Below are positions 46,028-56,203 of a stretch of 64,000 nt of DNA, one piece after another. The DNA lies in NCBI GenBank assembly GCA_965203175.1, contig OZ241867.1, forward strand, positions 4,640,001-4,704,000, written 5' to 3'. The DNA comes from Candidatus Latescibacterota bacterium. GTDB lineage: Bacteria > Latescibacterota > UBA2968 > UBA8231. Under the pieces are notes generated by a model. It had not been told where the DNA came from. It saw only the letters and a program-made list of their open reading frames with translations, and did no database searches. Each line of letters begins with the position of its first letter. Within the stretch, counting starts at the first letter, position 1. Both the position numbers and the translations under genes were made by a program.

Positions 46028-47995
46028 TCACACCCAGTAGAGCCCGTGCCCCTGTTCGCCCGTGATCAGGTCGACGATCAGCCAAAAAGCGATAACAGCG
46101 AACTGACCGAGGATAAGTCCCAGAAAAAAAGGCCGCACGGCCTTGAGCACCCGGGGGCCGCCGTAGCGCATCAACACGGCCTTGAACAACCACACTAAAA
46201 AGACACTGAACCAGATGTGGCGAGTCAGCATCATCTGCGAGACGGCCAAGCCTATGGGGTGGATGGGGAAGGTCAGCAGGTGACTGCGGATCCAGTAGAG
46301 GGCGGTCATGACCGCCCCGCCCAAAGCCATCAGGCCCAAGCCGCTGTAATCTGGTCCAGCCGGATCGCGCAGATAACTGGCCGCAAAGTCAACGGTGTAG
46401 CGGGGGCCGCTGAGGAAGAACCAAGTATTGGCGTTGTTGGCACCGCTCTCGTAGGCGTAGTACAGGGTCGTCCACACCGATACGCCCAGACTCAGGACCA
46501 CGGCCAGTATCATGCTGCCCAGGACCAAGCCTTTGTTGCGGATCGATTCGGTCAGCTTGAGGCCGTTGGCCGCCGCAGCCATGACAAAGGTGCGCACATC
46601 GCTCATCCACACCTGGCCGAAGGAAAGCACGCCTATGGTGCCGGGGGCACCCAGCACCTGGGTACCGAAAAAACTGCGGACCACCGTGGGGGTGATCAAT
46701 TGAGCTCGGGTGGCGGCCAAGCCCGATTCGCAGAGAATGCGGGTGATACCCAGAAAGGTGAGCGAAGCCATCAGCACAAAAGTAAGGGCGGCCCACCAAG
46801 GCACCCCGATGGCAATAAACCATCCGGTCATCAGCGCCAAGCCCAGAAACAGTTGCAGATAAACGGCCCTAGCCGAAAAATCGGCGCTAGAGGCAGTTTC
46901 CGGACGCAGGGCCGCCTTCCAGCTCTGCCGCAGGTACCGACGGGCAATCCACAGGGTGTGCCCCACCAAGGCCATGAGGGCACCGAACTGGACGAAGGCC
47001 ATGATCGGACCGCCATCGCTCTGCGAGTAGATATCGAGATCGAGGGTACGGGTGAGGCCGATAATGCTGAAATAGCCTTTGATTATGTAGCCCAGCAAAT
47101 AAAAAAACCAGACGCTGAGCGCCACTTCCTGGTGAATGAGGTAGGCAAAGCCCATCATGGGGAAACTGAGATTGATGGTCAGGTTCTCCATGCCGTGGAA
47201 AACAGGTACGCTGGTGTTGAGGACGATGCGGGGGAAGAAGTGGAAGTAGGCGTTGAGGCCGTTGAGCGAAGTGACGATGAAGGGGACGGCAAAGCCGCTC
47301 CACATCACCGGATTGCGAAAAAAGGAATTGAGCGCGCGACCGGGCTCCTGGTTGCCCATCACCAGGGGCAGTTGGGCCAATGGATAGGCCAAGCGCTCGT
47401 ATTCGATCCACTGGCGGCGGAAGAGAATGGCCAGCGCGATCATGACCATGTACAGGCCCAACAAGACTGGCAGCCAGTTCAGCAGGGGGCGGATCCAGGC
47501 CATCCAAGGAATGGGCTGGTCGCGGGCAATGCCCTCGTAAAAGCCGCGGATGACGTCCTCGCCTTGGGGCACCAGCCAGTGCGGCACAAAGGGATGAATG
47601 AGTTCGGCCCATTGGTTTTCGGGGGAGGCCATATAGGAAATCGCCGGCAGGATGGGAATCAGGTACAGGGTCAGCCCCATGGTGCATATAGAACAAGAAA
47701 TGGCCGCCATCACATAGGCAATGGCCAGTTCCCCCGAAGACAGGGCTAGGTAGGGGAGGAAACGGCGCAGCAGACCATTGACGAACAGGGCGAGGAAAAA
47801 CAGCAGGAAAACTGCGGCCGCGGTGGTAAAGTCAATAGTCAGGTAGGAACCGCGCACCACCAAGCTATTATAAGGCCCCCAAAAAGCGACTAGAACGCTC
47901 AAGACCGTCCCCACGGACAAAGCCCAGAGCGGACGGACGGGGGCCGGGGTCAATGGATGGGCGTTGGCGACCACGGCCCTACCAGTTTCTGCCAC
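46028..47995 (-). CDS. Polytopic membrane protein (DUF6785/DUF6784-like putative transporter)
   Basis: RRQWIEYERLAYPL, PIHPIG, RYGG..PFFLGLILG; many TM segments. Confidence 0.7.
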   Translation of the reverse strand: MAETGRAVVANAHPLTPAPVRPLWALSVGTVLSVLVAFWGPYNSLVVRGSYLTIDFTTAAAVFLLFFLALFVNGLLRRFLPYLALSSGELAIAYVMAAISCSICTMGLTLYLIPILPAISYMASPENQWAELIHPFVPHWLVPQGEDVIRGFYEGIARDQPIPWMAWIRPLLNWLPVLLGLYMVMIALAILFRRQWIEYERLAYPLAQLPLVMGNQEPGRALNSFFRNPVMWSGFAVPFIVTSLNGLNAYFHFFPRIVLNTSVPVFHGMENLTINLSFPMMGFAYLIHQEVALSVWFFYLLGYIIKGYFSIIGLTRTLDLDIYSQSDGGPIMAFVQFGALMALVGHTLWIARRYLRQSWKAALRPETASSADFSARAVYLQLFLGLALMTGWFIAIGVPWWAALTFVLMASLTFLGITRILCESGLAATRAQLITPTVVRSFFGTQVLGAPGTIGVLSFGQVWMSDVRTFVMAAAANGLKLTESIRNKGLVLGSMILAVVLSLGVSVWTTLYYAYESGANNANTWFFLSGPRYTVDFAASYLRDPAGPDYSGLGLMALGGAVMTALYWIRSHLLTFPIHPIGLAVSQMMLTRHIWFSVFLVWLFKAVLMRYGGPRVLKAVRPFFLGLILGQFAVIAFWLIVDLITGEQGHGLYWV

Positions 47996-48197
47996 TGTAG
48001 GATAGGCACTGATTTGAACGTCTCGCGCATACCATAAAAAATCACCGTGGGACTGACGGCTTCAGCCGTTCAGGGGGATAGGTGTTGACTTCTTGACGGA
48101 CGAGCAACGCACTAGGCGTTTGTCTGTCCAGGAAAGAAGTTAAAAGAAAGCCAATTAATTTGTTGACAGTGAACAAGTCTTTTAGTGAGTTGACTGT

Positions 48198-48593
48198 ACG
48201 ACAAACAAACGCAAAACGGCAGGCTGCACCCACCAGATTCAATATCATCTTGTCTGGTGTCCCAAGTATCGGCGCGGCGTCCTGACGGGCGACATCGCAT
48301 CTGCGCTGGATGAGTTGCTTCACACCAAGGCGTCCGAACTCGGCGTTGAAATCCTCTCGCTGGCAATCCGTTCTGATCACGTGCATCTGTTCGTTACCGG
48401 AACGCCCGTCATGGCTGTCAATCAACTCGTGCGGCACTTCAAAGGCTACACCGCCCACGAACTGAGAGCGCGTTTTCCTTCGCTCAAGACGCGGTTGCCG
48501 TCGCTATGGTCGCGCTCGTACTACGCCGATAGCATCGGGCAGGTCTCGGATGAAACGGTGCGCCGCTACATCGAAGCGCAGAAAGGCGTCTGA
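48198..48593 (+). CDS. tnpA: Y1 HUH transposase with no canonical start codon (ACG at 48198 likely)
   Basis: In-frame YHLVWCPKYRR upstream of the called ORF; DHVHL, FKGYTA, LWSRSYY, YIEAQ motifs. Confidence 0.85.
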   Translation, partial: TTNKRKTAGCTHQIQYHLVWCPKYRRGVLTGDIASALDELLHTKASELGVEILSLAIRSDHVHLFVTGTPVMAVNQLVRHFKGYTAHELRARFPSLKTRLPSLWSRSYYADSIGQVSDETVRRYIEAQKGV

Positions 48594-49715
48594 ATGCAGC
48601 GTACGTATCAGTATCGCTTGTATCCCTACCAAGAGCAGGAAGATGCGCTCGACACGATCTTGCGTCAGTCCTGCTTGCTGTATAACGAGACGCTTAAGCA
48701 CCGGCGCGACGTGTACAAGTATACCGGCCAGTCTGTCAGCTATCCGGCTCAATGGGAACGCTTTCGCGAGGATCGCAAGGCGCGGCTGGAAGATTTCGGA
48801 TTGCTCAACGCTACGTCCGTCCAACAGCTTCTGCGCCGGCTGGACAAAACGTTTGTCGCTTTCTTCCGTCGTCTTAAAGATGGCGACAAGCCGGGCTTTC
48901 CGCGCTTTAAGCCAGCGCAGCGGTTTCGCTCGGTCGAGTACCGGCACGGCGACGGCTTGAAGCTGACAGGCGACCGGCTGCACGTCCAGCACGTCGGCGA
49001 GGTCAAGGTCAAGCTGCACCGCGACGTGCCCGAAGGATGCCTCCAGCACGTGGTCGTCACCCGCAAGGCAGGTAAGTGGTTCGTCAGCTTCCAAGGCGAC
49101 GACGGCAACGAGCCGGCCAAGCCGCGCACCGATGGCAAGGAGATCGGCATCGACATGGGACTGCACAGCCTGCTGGCTTGCTCGGACGGAACACTGATTA
49201 ATAATCCGCGCTGGCTGCGACGGTCGCTCAAGAAGCTGCGAAAAGCGCAACGAGCCTTGGCGCGCAAGACGCGCTTTAGTTGGCGCTGGTGGCAGTGCAA
49301 AAGGCGCGTGGAAGCGCTGCACGCCAAGATCGCCAACCAGCGCAAGGACTATCTGCACCGACTGACCTACCGCATGACGAAATCCTTTGCACGTATCGCC
49401 GTCGAAGACGTATCGCCGCGCTTTATGATTGCCAACCGGCATCTCGCGCTGAGTGCTTCCGACGCAAGCTGGGCGATGTTCCGCTCGATGCTCGACTACA
49501 AGGCTGAAAGGGCCGGTTGTGTGGTCCTCGAGGTGGACGCCAAGCACACATCGCAAGCCTGCTCGGGCTGTGGGCTTATCGAAAAGAAGCGGTTGTCGCA
49601 ACGATGGCACTCCTGCCGGTGTGGTACTGAACTGGACCGTGACGTCAACGCCGCGGTGAATATCTTGAACAAGGCTCGATGCGAGCCTACGGAACTCAAC
49701 GTAGCCTGCAGCTAG
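48594..49715 (+). CDS. tnpB: RNA-guided endonuclease TnpB
   Basis: YQYRLYP, GFPRFK, RuvC GIDMG / AVED / DRDVNAA, zinc finger CSGCG...CRCG. Confidence 0.93.
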   Translation: MQRTYQYRLYPYQEQEDALDTILRQSCLLYNETLKHRRDVYKYTGQSVSYPAQWERFREDRKARLEDFGLLNATSVQQLLRRLDKTFVAFFRRLKDGDKPGFPRFKPAQRFRSVEYRHGDGLKLTGDRLHVQHVGEVKVKLHRDVPEGCLQHVVVTRKAGKWFVSFQGDDGNEPAKPRTDGKEIGIDMGLHSLLACSDGTLINNPRWLRRSLKKLRKAQRALARKTRFSWRWWQCKRRVEALHAKIANQRKDYLHRLTYRMTKSFARIAVEDVSPRFMIANRHLALSASDASWAMFRSMLDYKAERAGCVVLEVDAKHTSQACSGCGLIEKKRLSQRWHSCRCGTELDRDVNAAVNILNKARCEPTELNVACS

Positions 49716-49784
49716 GGCAAGCGTGTTCCGTGAAAGCTGACTGCTTTAGCTGTCAGTGGCTTACAGATATATCCAAGCAGAGAA
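49640..49784 (+). ncRNA. Predicted TnpB reRNA (omegaRNA) with 3' guide starting at 49765; 5' boundary approximate
   Basis: CGGAAC/GTTCCG stem and RE hairpin overlap the tnpB 3' end; the arrangement is established for TnpB. Confidence 0.55.
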
Positions 49785-49826
49785 TTAGGGCAAGAAGGTA
49801 GCAAAAGAGGAGCTAAAGCACAGCCT

Positions 49827-50663
49827 TCACGCCTTAACCGCACCCGACATCAAACCGTCTGTCAACCGCTTTCTCACCAGCAGGAACAGCAAGATCGTGG
49901 GTACCGTCGCCACCACGGCGGTGGCCATCAAATAATTCCACTCCACCACGTTGTTTTTTTCCCAAGCGTAGAGCGCCATGGTAATCGGCTGCATGGTCCG
50001 TTTGGAAACCAGCACCAGCGCAAAGATGAATTCGTTCCAAGCACTGACAAAGGTGAAAATAGCCGTAGTCGTCAGCCCAGGGGCCGTTAGCGGCAGGGCA
50101 ATTCTGAAGATCATCCCCGTCCGCGAGAGGCCGTCGATCATAGCGGCATCCTCCAATTCCTCTGGGATATTCTTGAAAAACCCTCGCAACATCCAGATAG
50201 AAAACGGCAGAGTAATCGCCGTATTCACCAAGATCAAGGCCGTGTACGTATCCAGTAGCTGCAGGGCTTTCATCATCTCGAACAAGGGGATGAGGACAAT
50301 GACCGGCGAAAACATCTGCACCACTAGGATGCCCATGCCGAATAGACCGCGGCCGCGAAATTTAATGCGCGCCATCGCATAGGCCGCCGGGGCCGCCACA
50401 ACGAGGTTGAAGAATACCGCGGCCAAGGCGATGAACAGACTGTTCAACAGGTGCCGCGCCATTGGAATGCGGACAAAAATATCCACGTAGTTGTACCATA
50501 TAAACGCGCGGGGAATCAGCGTCGCCGGCGATTGAAATACCTCCCCCAGGGTCTTTAACGAGGTCCCGGCGACGACCAACAACGGAAAGAGTGTAAAGAC
50601 CGCAAGCCCCGCCATAAGCGTGGTACGCAACAGCGCGCTGGGCAGTGTGGAAACAGATCTCAC
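49827..50663 (-). CDS. Carbohydrate ABC transporter permease
   Basis: IPEELEDAAMIDG, AWNEF motifs. Confidence 0.93.
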   Translation of the reverse strand: MRSVSTLPSALLRTTLMAGLAVFTLFPLLVVAGTSLKTLGEVFQSPATLIPRAFIWYNYVDIFVRIPMARHLLNSLFIALAAVFFNLVVAAPAAYAMARIKFRGRGLFGMGILVVQMFSPVIVLIPLFEMMKALQLLDTYTALILVNTAITLPFSIWMLRGFFKNIPEELEDAAMIDGLSRTGMIFRIALPLTAPGLTTTAIFTFVSAWNEFIFALVLVSKRTMQPITMALYAWEKNNVVEWNYLMATAVVATVPTILLFLLVRKRLTDGLMSGAVKA

Positions 50664-51532
50664 GACTCAGCCTCTTCCCTGTAGAAGAGACGCCACTGGA
50701 GGAAGCTGACGGCGACCAGCAGCAAGAAGGCCAAAAAGGCCATGCTGCTGGCTTGGCCAAAGTTGAAGTAACCAAAGGCGCGGCGAAAGATCTCCGTGAC
50801 CATGATCTGGGTCTGGTTGGCTGGCCCACCCCCGGTGATCACGTAGATGAAGACAAAGCTGTTGAAGGACCAGATGAAACTAATCAACAAAACCGCCAGC
50901 GCGACCGGACGAAGCAGCGGTACGGTGATATACCTGAACTTCTGCCACGTCGTCGTCCCGTCTATAATGGCGGCCTCGTACAGATGGACCGGAATGGACT
51001 GCAAAGCCGAGAGGAATGCAAAAGTGGTAAACGGCAAGGCCGTCCACAGCCGGGCGAACAGGGCACCGCCAAACGCCGTCGAAGCGCTCGTCAACCACTG
51101 CACGGGATGATCGACGATATGCAGCGACAGCAACAACGCATTGAGGTGTCCGTACTCGCCGTTGTACATCCACTTCCAGGCGATAGCCGCCACTACCAGC
51201 GGAGTGGCCCAAGCCAAGATCAACGAGCTGCGGATCAATTCGCAGATGATCGTACTGCGACTCAACAATAGAGCGGCAGCCAAGCCCGCTCCTACATTCA
51301 TCACGACGGCGAGCACCGTCCACACAGCCGTGTTTTTGAGCACCAGCAGAAAAATATCGTCCCCGACGAGGCCCGTATAGTTCTGCGCTCCCACAAAGAC
51401 CTCCCCTTTGTAGGAGGTGTGGTAGAGACTGGTCTTGAGGATTTCTACAATGGGAAACCCCATGAACAGCAACAGCCAGAGGGCCGCTGGCACAATGTAA
51501 AAATAGGCTAGCCGACGTTTCTCTCTTTCCAC
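50660..51532 (-). CDS. Carbohydrate ABC transporter permease
   Basis: LYEAAIIDG, TGGGP motifs. Confidence 0.93.
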   Translation of the reverse strand: MEREKRRLAYFYIVPAALWLLLFMGFPIVEILKTSLYHTSYKGEVFVGAQNYTGLVGDDIFLLVLKNTAVWTVLAVVMNVGAGLAAALLLSRSTIICELIRSSLILAWATPLVVAAIAWKWMYNGEYGHLNALLLSLHIVDHPVQWLTSASTAFGGALFARLWTALPFTTFAFLSALQSIPVHLYEAAIIDGTTTWQKFRYITVPLLRPVALAVLLISFIWSFNSFVFIYVITGGGPANQTQIMVTEIFRRAFGYFNFGQASSMAFLAFLLLVAVSFLQWRLFYREEAES

Positions 51533-51569
51533 GATAACTCTTCTACATTTCCCGCGCGAAAATGCGGTC

Positions 51570-52832
51570 TCAAGGCATGGGCAGCGCCGGGTTTTCCAAC
51601 TCTTTCATCAAACGATCGTACACGGTGTTAAGTGCCTCGGCCGGTGTCGCCGTACCCGCCAAAACCATCTGGATCGCTTCGCCCCATCCATCCTGGATCT
51701 TGGTCCATTCTGGATGTTTTGGCGTCAATTGCAACAACTCTCTTTGCGCCTGATAATTCTGAATCGGGATCGACTGGTAGTAGGGATCGTCGGCCACATT
51801 CCTCGTCATGGGCACGCCCCCTACTTCCATATCGATCAAACGGCGATTTTCCAAACGTTGGATAAAACGCATGAATTCGTACCCTAGATCTTTGTGCTGC
51901 GAAGTGGAAAACATGCCAAAGACATCGACAATGAGCAGCATCTTCCGATCTTCGCCGTCCGGGATCATCAAAGGCTCGCATTCAACGCCTGCATCCCGGC
52001 ACAACTGGTCCTGCCACGGTCCGCTGAACAACATCCCCACCTTGCCCGCGGCCATCTCGGCATAACATTCGTTGGCATTCAAATTCAGAATGCCCGGAGG
52101 CATGACCCCGTCCAAAAGGTGCATGTTGGTTAAAAACTCGACGTAGGCAATCGCTTGGGGGCTGTTGATCGCCAGCTTGCCCTCTCGGTCGAAGAAGTGG
52201 GCCCCAAACCCCCACATCATGGCGATCTGATCCTGCATTAGGTGTTTCTGCCGACCAGCGCCGATACAAAACCCATAGCGCTCGGGCGGCTGGTTGAGCG
52301 CATTCGCCAGCGCGCGAACCCCTTCCCACATCGTCGGATCATCTGGCGCTCCCACTTCTTGCATCCAGTCCCGGCGCACGTAGAGCGTCCGGTTAGCCCC
52401 CACCAGCGGCACCCCATAGGTTTTCCCCTTGTACTCGCCCGCGCTCAGGGCGACGTCAATCCACTCGTCGCGCTCGGCATCACTCATAAAAGCATCGAGC
52501 GACTCCAACACGCCCCGCTCGGCATATTCGGGTATCATGCCCATGAAGAGAAAACCCAGATCGGGTAGGTTGTCGCCCTGTATCATGGTATTGTAAAACG
52601 TCGGCCCTTGGTCATAGGAGACGTATTGCTGTTCAATGGTCACGCCGGGATGTTCCGCCTCGAACCCATCTTTCCATATCCCGTAGGTCTCGAGTTCGGG
52701 TCCCATCCAGACGATCTTCAAAACCACGTCCCCGTCATCGGGAACGTCGGCACAACCGGACCAGACCGCGCCGAGGACCAGCAATGTCCACAAAGAAAGG
52801 GAGCGACGAGTCGCACCGTTCGGGATCGTCAT
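51570..52832 (-). CDS. Sugar ABC transporter substrate-binding lipoprotein
   Basis: Lipobox WSGC; FEAEHPGV, GKTYGVP, FSGPW motifs. Confidence 0.9.
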   Translation of the reverse strand: MTIPNGATRRSLSLWTLLVLGAVWSGCADVPDDGDVVLKIVWMGPELETYGIWKDGFEAEHPGVTIEQQYVSYDQGPTFYNTMIQGDNLPDLGFLFMGMIPEYAERGVLESLDAFMSDAERDEWIDVALSAGEYKGKTYGVPLVGANRTLYVRRDWMQEVGAPDDPTMWEGVRALANALNQPPERYGFCIGAGRQKHLMQDQIAMMWGFGAHFFDREGKLAINSPQAIAYVEFLTNMHLLDGVMPPGILNLNANECYAEMAAGKVGMLFSGPWQDQLCRDAGVECEPLMIPDGEDRKMLLIVDVFGMFSTSQHKDLGYEFMRFIQRLENRRLIDMEVGGVPMTRNVADDPYYQSIPIQNYQAQRELLQLTPKHPEWTKIQDGWGEAIQMVLAGTATPAEALNTVYDRLMKELENPALPMP

Positions 52833-52959
52833 AAACGCACTTTCTCGCTTGAGTGGGTTGCGAACAATAGACTAGCAATTGGATGTCGTGCAGTTTTTCG
52901 CCAGCAGTCAAAATAGGTAGAATACTAAGCCCACAACAGCGAATGGAGGATTTTCCAAC

Positions 52960-54027
52960 ATGAAGCGAAATCTGGCTGGACTCTTGGGGCTGGCTCTGCT
53001 AACCCTTGCCCCTGTACAAGCACTCGAACGCCCCGACAAAGAGTTCGCAATCTTCCAGTTTCCCCCCACTATGATACCCCGTATCGATGGGCAGACCGAC
53101 GACTGGGATATCGTACCCGCATCCTATGTAATTGGCACCGAGGAACTGGCGGAAACCGTCAAGGGCAAGGGCACCAACTACGACCTGGAAGACCTAGATG
53201 TCGCCGTGCGGGTGGGCTGGGTCAATGGTCTGAACCGGCTCTACTTCCTCTACGAAGCCCACGACGATTACTGGAATATGCACTACCGTCGCGGGGACAT
53301 TTTTGAAGTCGCCGTCGATGCGGACCGCTCAGGTGGCCCCAACATCAACAACCCCCAATTGGACCAGTGGGACAGTCACTTTGCGTTCAAGGGGGTGCAC
53401 GCGCAGAACTACCACATTTTCACGCCGCCTGGAGAGGGCCGCGACTGGGCTTTCGTCTGGGGTTGCCAGCCGTGGATCGGCCGACTGCCCTACGCCAACC
53501 ACGCGTACTCCTACGATTTTGCCGAGGGCGAGAGCGGCCGACTGGTGCTCGAATTTTGGATTACTCCGTTTGACTACGCCCCCTATGAAGGCCCCAAGCG
53601 AGCGGTAGTATCCAAACTGGTAGAAAACACCCTCATCGGCCTATCGTGGGCCGTGCTCGACTACGACGAAAGCAACAGCTCGTACGAGGGGTTCTGGAAC
53701 CTCTCTCACGAGACTCGCATGGACTCAGACGCCTCGAATTTGTGCGCCTTTCGGCTCATGCCGCTCGCGAGCCGCTTTCGCAAGCCGCTCGAAGCGCAGT
53801 GGGAATTCCAAGTGCTGGATATGGAACGCAGACTAGTGGCTTTCAAAGACCTTTCCCACGGCACCATTACCTCTTGGTCGTGGGATTTTGACGATGGAAC
53901 CACCGCGACCGAACAACACCCCATCCACCAGTACCAAGAAGCCGGCGAATACATAGTCGTACTCACCGTACAGGGTCCAGAGGGCACGGCGCGCCGCGTC
54001 AAAGTGCGGCAAGTCGTGGTGCGCTAG
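52960..54027 (+). CDS. Secreted CBM9-like/DOMON protein with C-terminal PKD domain
   Basis: Signal peptide; PRIDG..DDW; SWSWDFDDG...PIHQY..AGEY. Confidence 0.8.
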   Translation: MKRNLAGLLGLALLTLAPVQALERPDKEFAIFQFPPTMIPRIDGQTDDWDIVPASYVIGTEELAETVKGKGTNYDLEDLDVAVRVGWVNGLNRLYFLYEAHDDYWNMHYRRGDIFEVAVDADRSGGPNINNPQLDQWDSHFAFKGVHAQNYHIFTPPGEGRDWAFVWGCQPWIGRLPYANHAYSYDFAEGESGRLVLEFWITPFDYAPYEGPKRAVVSKLVENTLIGLSWAVLDYDESNSSYEGFWNLSHETRMDSDASNLCAFRLMPLASRFRKPLEAQWEFQVLDMERRLVAFKDLSHGTITSWSWDFDDGTTATEQHPIHQYQEAGEYIVVLTVQGPEGTARRVKVRQVVVR

Positions 54028-54031
54028 CGAC

Positions 54032-55174
54032 TTAAATGTACCCGGTCGATCCATCCGGCCGCACCGGACAGGTGCGCTGCCAGTGGACGTATTTGTCTTC
54101 GCTGATGGCGTCTTCGTTTACATCAATGCCCAAGCCCGGGCGGTCGCGCAGTTCGAGATAGCCGTCCTTGGGCAGATAGGGATCGTCCACCCAGTCCTTC
54201 CACTCGTTGCCCAAGGGCGAGATGTACTCCAAGATTTTGAAGTTGGGCGTGGCCGCCGCAAAGTGCACGTTGACCGCAGTGGCCACCGGCCCCATAGGGT
54301 TGTGCGGCGCTACGCTGACGTAGTGGGCCTCGGCAATGGCGGCAATCTTGCGCATTTCAAGCAGGCCGCCGCACACGCACACATCTGGCTGGATGATGTC
54401 CACGGCTTGGGCTGCCATCAGGTCGAGAAATTCCCACCGGGTGTACAGGCACTCGCCAGTGGCCAAGGGAATCTGCATCTGCTGGCGCAGCCGCGCCCAA
54501 GCGGCAGTATGCTCGGGACGCAGCGGCTCCTCATAGAAATAGGGGTCGTAGGGTGCCAGCGCATTGGCCAACTGCAAGGCGCGGACCGGCTCGAAAATCT
54601 TGGCGTGGGGGTCAAAGGCAAATTCAAAGTCCGCGGGCGCGTGCTGGCGAATCTCCTCAAAGTATTTGGCCGCCTCCGCACAAATGCGCCCCCAGCGATC
54701 GACATCCGGGCTGAGGCGGAATGGACTGAGTTTGAAGGCCGTAAAACCCCACTCTTCGTTGAGGCGCTGGGCGCTGTTAGCTGTCTCCTCGCCGTCGCGC
54801 CCTCCCGCCCCCTGGTACACGCGCACCCGATCGCGGCAGGAACCGCCCAGCAGCATGTACACCGGCACGCCGGCAGCTTTGCCAGAGATATCCCACAGGG
54901 CGTGGTCAACGGCCGAACTCACCGCTAGGCCAACGCCGCCGGGGGGAAAGCGGAATTGCTGGGTGAGTTTGAGCATGATGTACTCGATGCGGCGCGGGTC
55001 TTCGCCCTTGATCATTTCGAAGATGTAATCGGCAATAGGTTCTATCGACAGGTCGGGGCCAATGGAATACGCCTCGCCCCAGCCGTGGATACCTTCGTCG
55101 GTTTCGACCTTTATCAGCCCGCGATTGCGGCCGCTGAATAGCCCCATGAAGGTTTTAATCGCCGTGATTTTCAT
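54032..55174 (-). CDS. Galactonate dehydratase-like enolase-superfamily enzyme
   Basis: DHALWDISGK, FDPH, YEEP, ATGE, IQPD, PHNPMGP motifs. Confidence 0.88.
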   Translation of the reverse strand: MKITAIKTFMGLFSGRNRGLIKVETDEGIHGWGEAYSIGPDLSIEPIADYIFEMIKGEDPRRIEYIMLKLTQQFRFPPGGVGLAVSSAVDHALWDISGKAAGVPVYMLLGGSCRDRVRVYQGAGGRDGEETANSAQRLNEEWGFTAFKLSPFRLSPDVDRWGRICAEAAKYFEEIRQHAPADFEFAFDPHAKIFEPVRALQLANALAPYDPYFYEEPLRPEHTAAWARLRQQMQIPLATGECLYTRWEFLDLMAAQAVDIIQPDVCVCGGLLEMRKIAAIAEAHYVSVAPHNPMGPVATAVNVHFAAATPNFKILEYISPLGNEWKDWVDDPYLPKDGYLELRDRPGLGIDVNEDAISEDKYVHWQRTCPVRPDGSTGYI

Positions 55175-55281
55175 CTTAGTCTCCTTCCCTTCGGGAAAAG
55201 TTGGTTGGGGAGTAATTACGCCCTATTTTCTCGGCAAGCAGGATGCCGATGATCTAATCATAGATTCAACTCGGGGGAACA

Positions 55282-56109
55282 ATGCAATTCGTCCAATTGA
55301 CCCGCGACCAGCGCAGCGCTTTTGAGGCCGACGGCTTTCTCATTATCCCACAAGCCATTGATGCCGCCACCGTGGCCTGCCTGACCAGAGCAAGCGACCG
55401 CTTGATGAAACCGTTCCTCGACGATCCAGCGGAGATCCAGATGCAATTGCGCCAGGGCGTCGTCCAAGAGGAAGCGTTCGACCAACTCGTCTCTAACTCG
55501 GCAACCGTTTCCCTAGTCGTGCAGTTGCTCTCGCCCAATATCCATCTCCACTCGGCCTCGGTGATCTACAAAAAGCCCCAAGATCCACACACCACAGAGC
55601 CGAGGCGCGGCTGGCATCGCGATATTGGCATTGCCGAAGATCTGGGACAAGCCGGTTTGCCGCGCATCGGCGTAAAAGTGTGCTATTGCCTGACCGACTT
55701 TGCCGAACCCAACTCCGGCATGACCATGATGGCCCGCGGCACGCACCTGAATGAGACGCCCCTAGCCATTCCCACGGGCGCAGTCGATCCATCGACAGTG
55801 GTCGATCCGCTATTGCGCGCTGGCGACGCCATTCTCTTTGAAAACCGCACGTTCCACACGGCTGCACCCAATTTGAGCCAGCGCACCTCCAAGGTGATAA
55901 TCTACGGCTACGCCTACCGCTGGATGAAAACGGATCAATATCTCGATCCACCAGACCAACAGGTATTGCAGCGGATGACCAACGACATCGACTGGCAGCT
56001 CTTGGGCGGCTATTACAATGTCGATGGAATACCCCAGGCATTGATCGACTGGGCCGAACAGTACGGCGTCAATCCACCCTCTGTGACTTGGACCACGGAC
56101 GCTCTGTAG
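55282..56109 (+). CDS. Phytanoyl-CoA dioxygenase family protein
   Basis: FEADGF, WHRD, GTH, AGDAILF..RTFH motifs. Confidence 0.9.
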   Translation: MQFVQLTRDQRSAFEADGFLIIPQAIDAATVACLTRASDRLMKPFLDDPAEIQMQLRQGVVQEEAFDQLVSNSATVSLVVQLLSPNIHLHSASVIYKKPQDPHTTEPRRGWHRDIGIAEDLGQAGLPRIGVKVCYCLTDFAEPNSGMTMMARGTHLNETPLAIPTGAVDPSTVVDPLLRAGDAILFENRTFHTAAPNLSQRTSKVIIYGYAYRWMKTDQYLDPPDQQVLQRMTNDIDWQLLGGYYNVDGIPQALIDWAEQYGVNPPSVTWTTDAL

Positions 56110-56203
56110 CCCCCCGGTCTGCTAGCCAATGATTCAGAGAAAAGCAGAGAAAAAACCCATGCTCAGACAACCCTGCTACCATTAGTGCTGGAGGAGCAAT
56201 AAC

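Larger units (their letters stand above)
48036..49764 (+). mobile_element. IS200/IS605 family element (tnpA + tnpB)
   Basis: LE hairpin CTGACGGCTTCAGCCGTTCAG at 48053-48073 preceded by GGGA, with CCAT at 48032-48035; RE hairpin CTGACTGCTTTAGCTGTCAG at 49737-49756 preceded by AAAG, with TTAC at 49761-49764. Confidence 0.85.

Noticed and set aside
46217-47749. 510-aa plus-strand ORF
   Set aside because: Antisense shadow of the membrane protein gene
48504-49610. 368-aa minus-strand ORF
   Set aside because: Antisense shadow of tnpB
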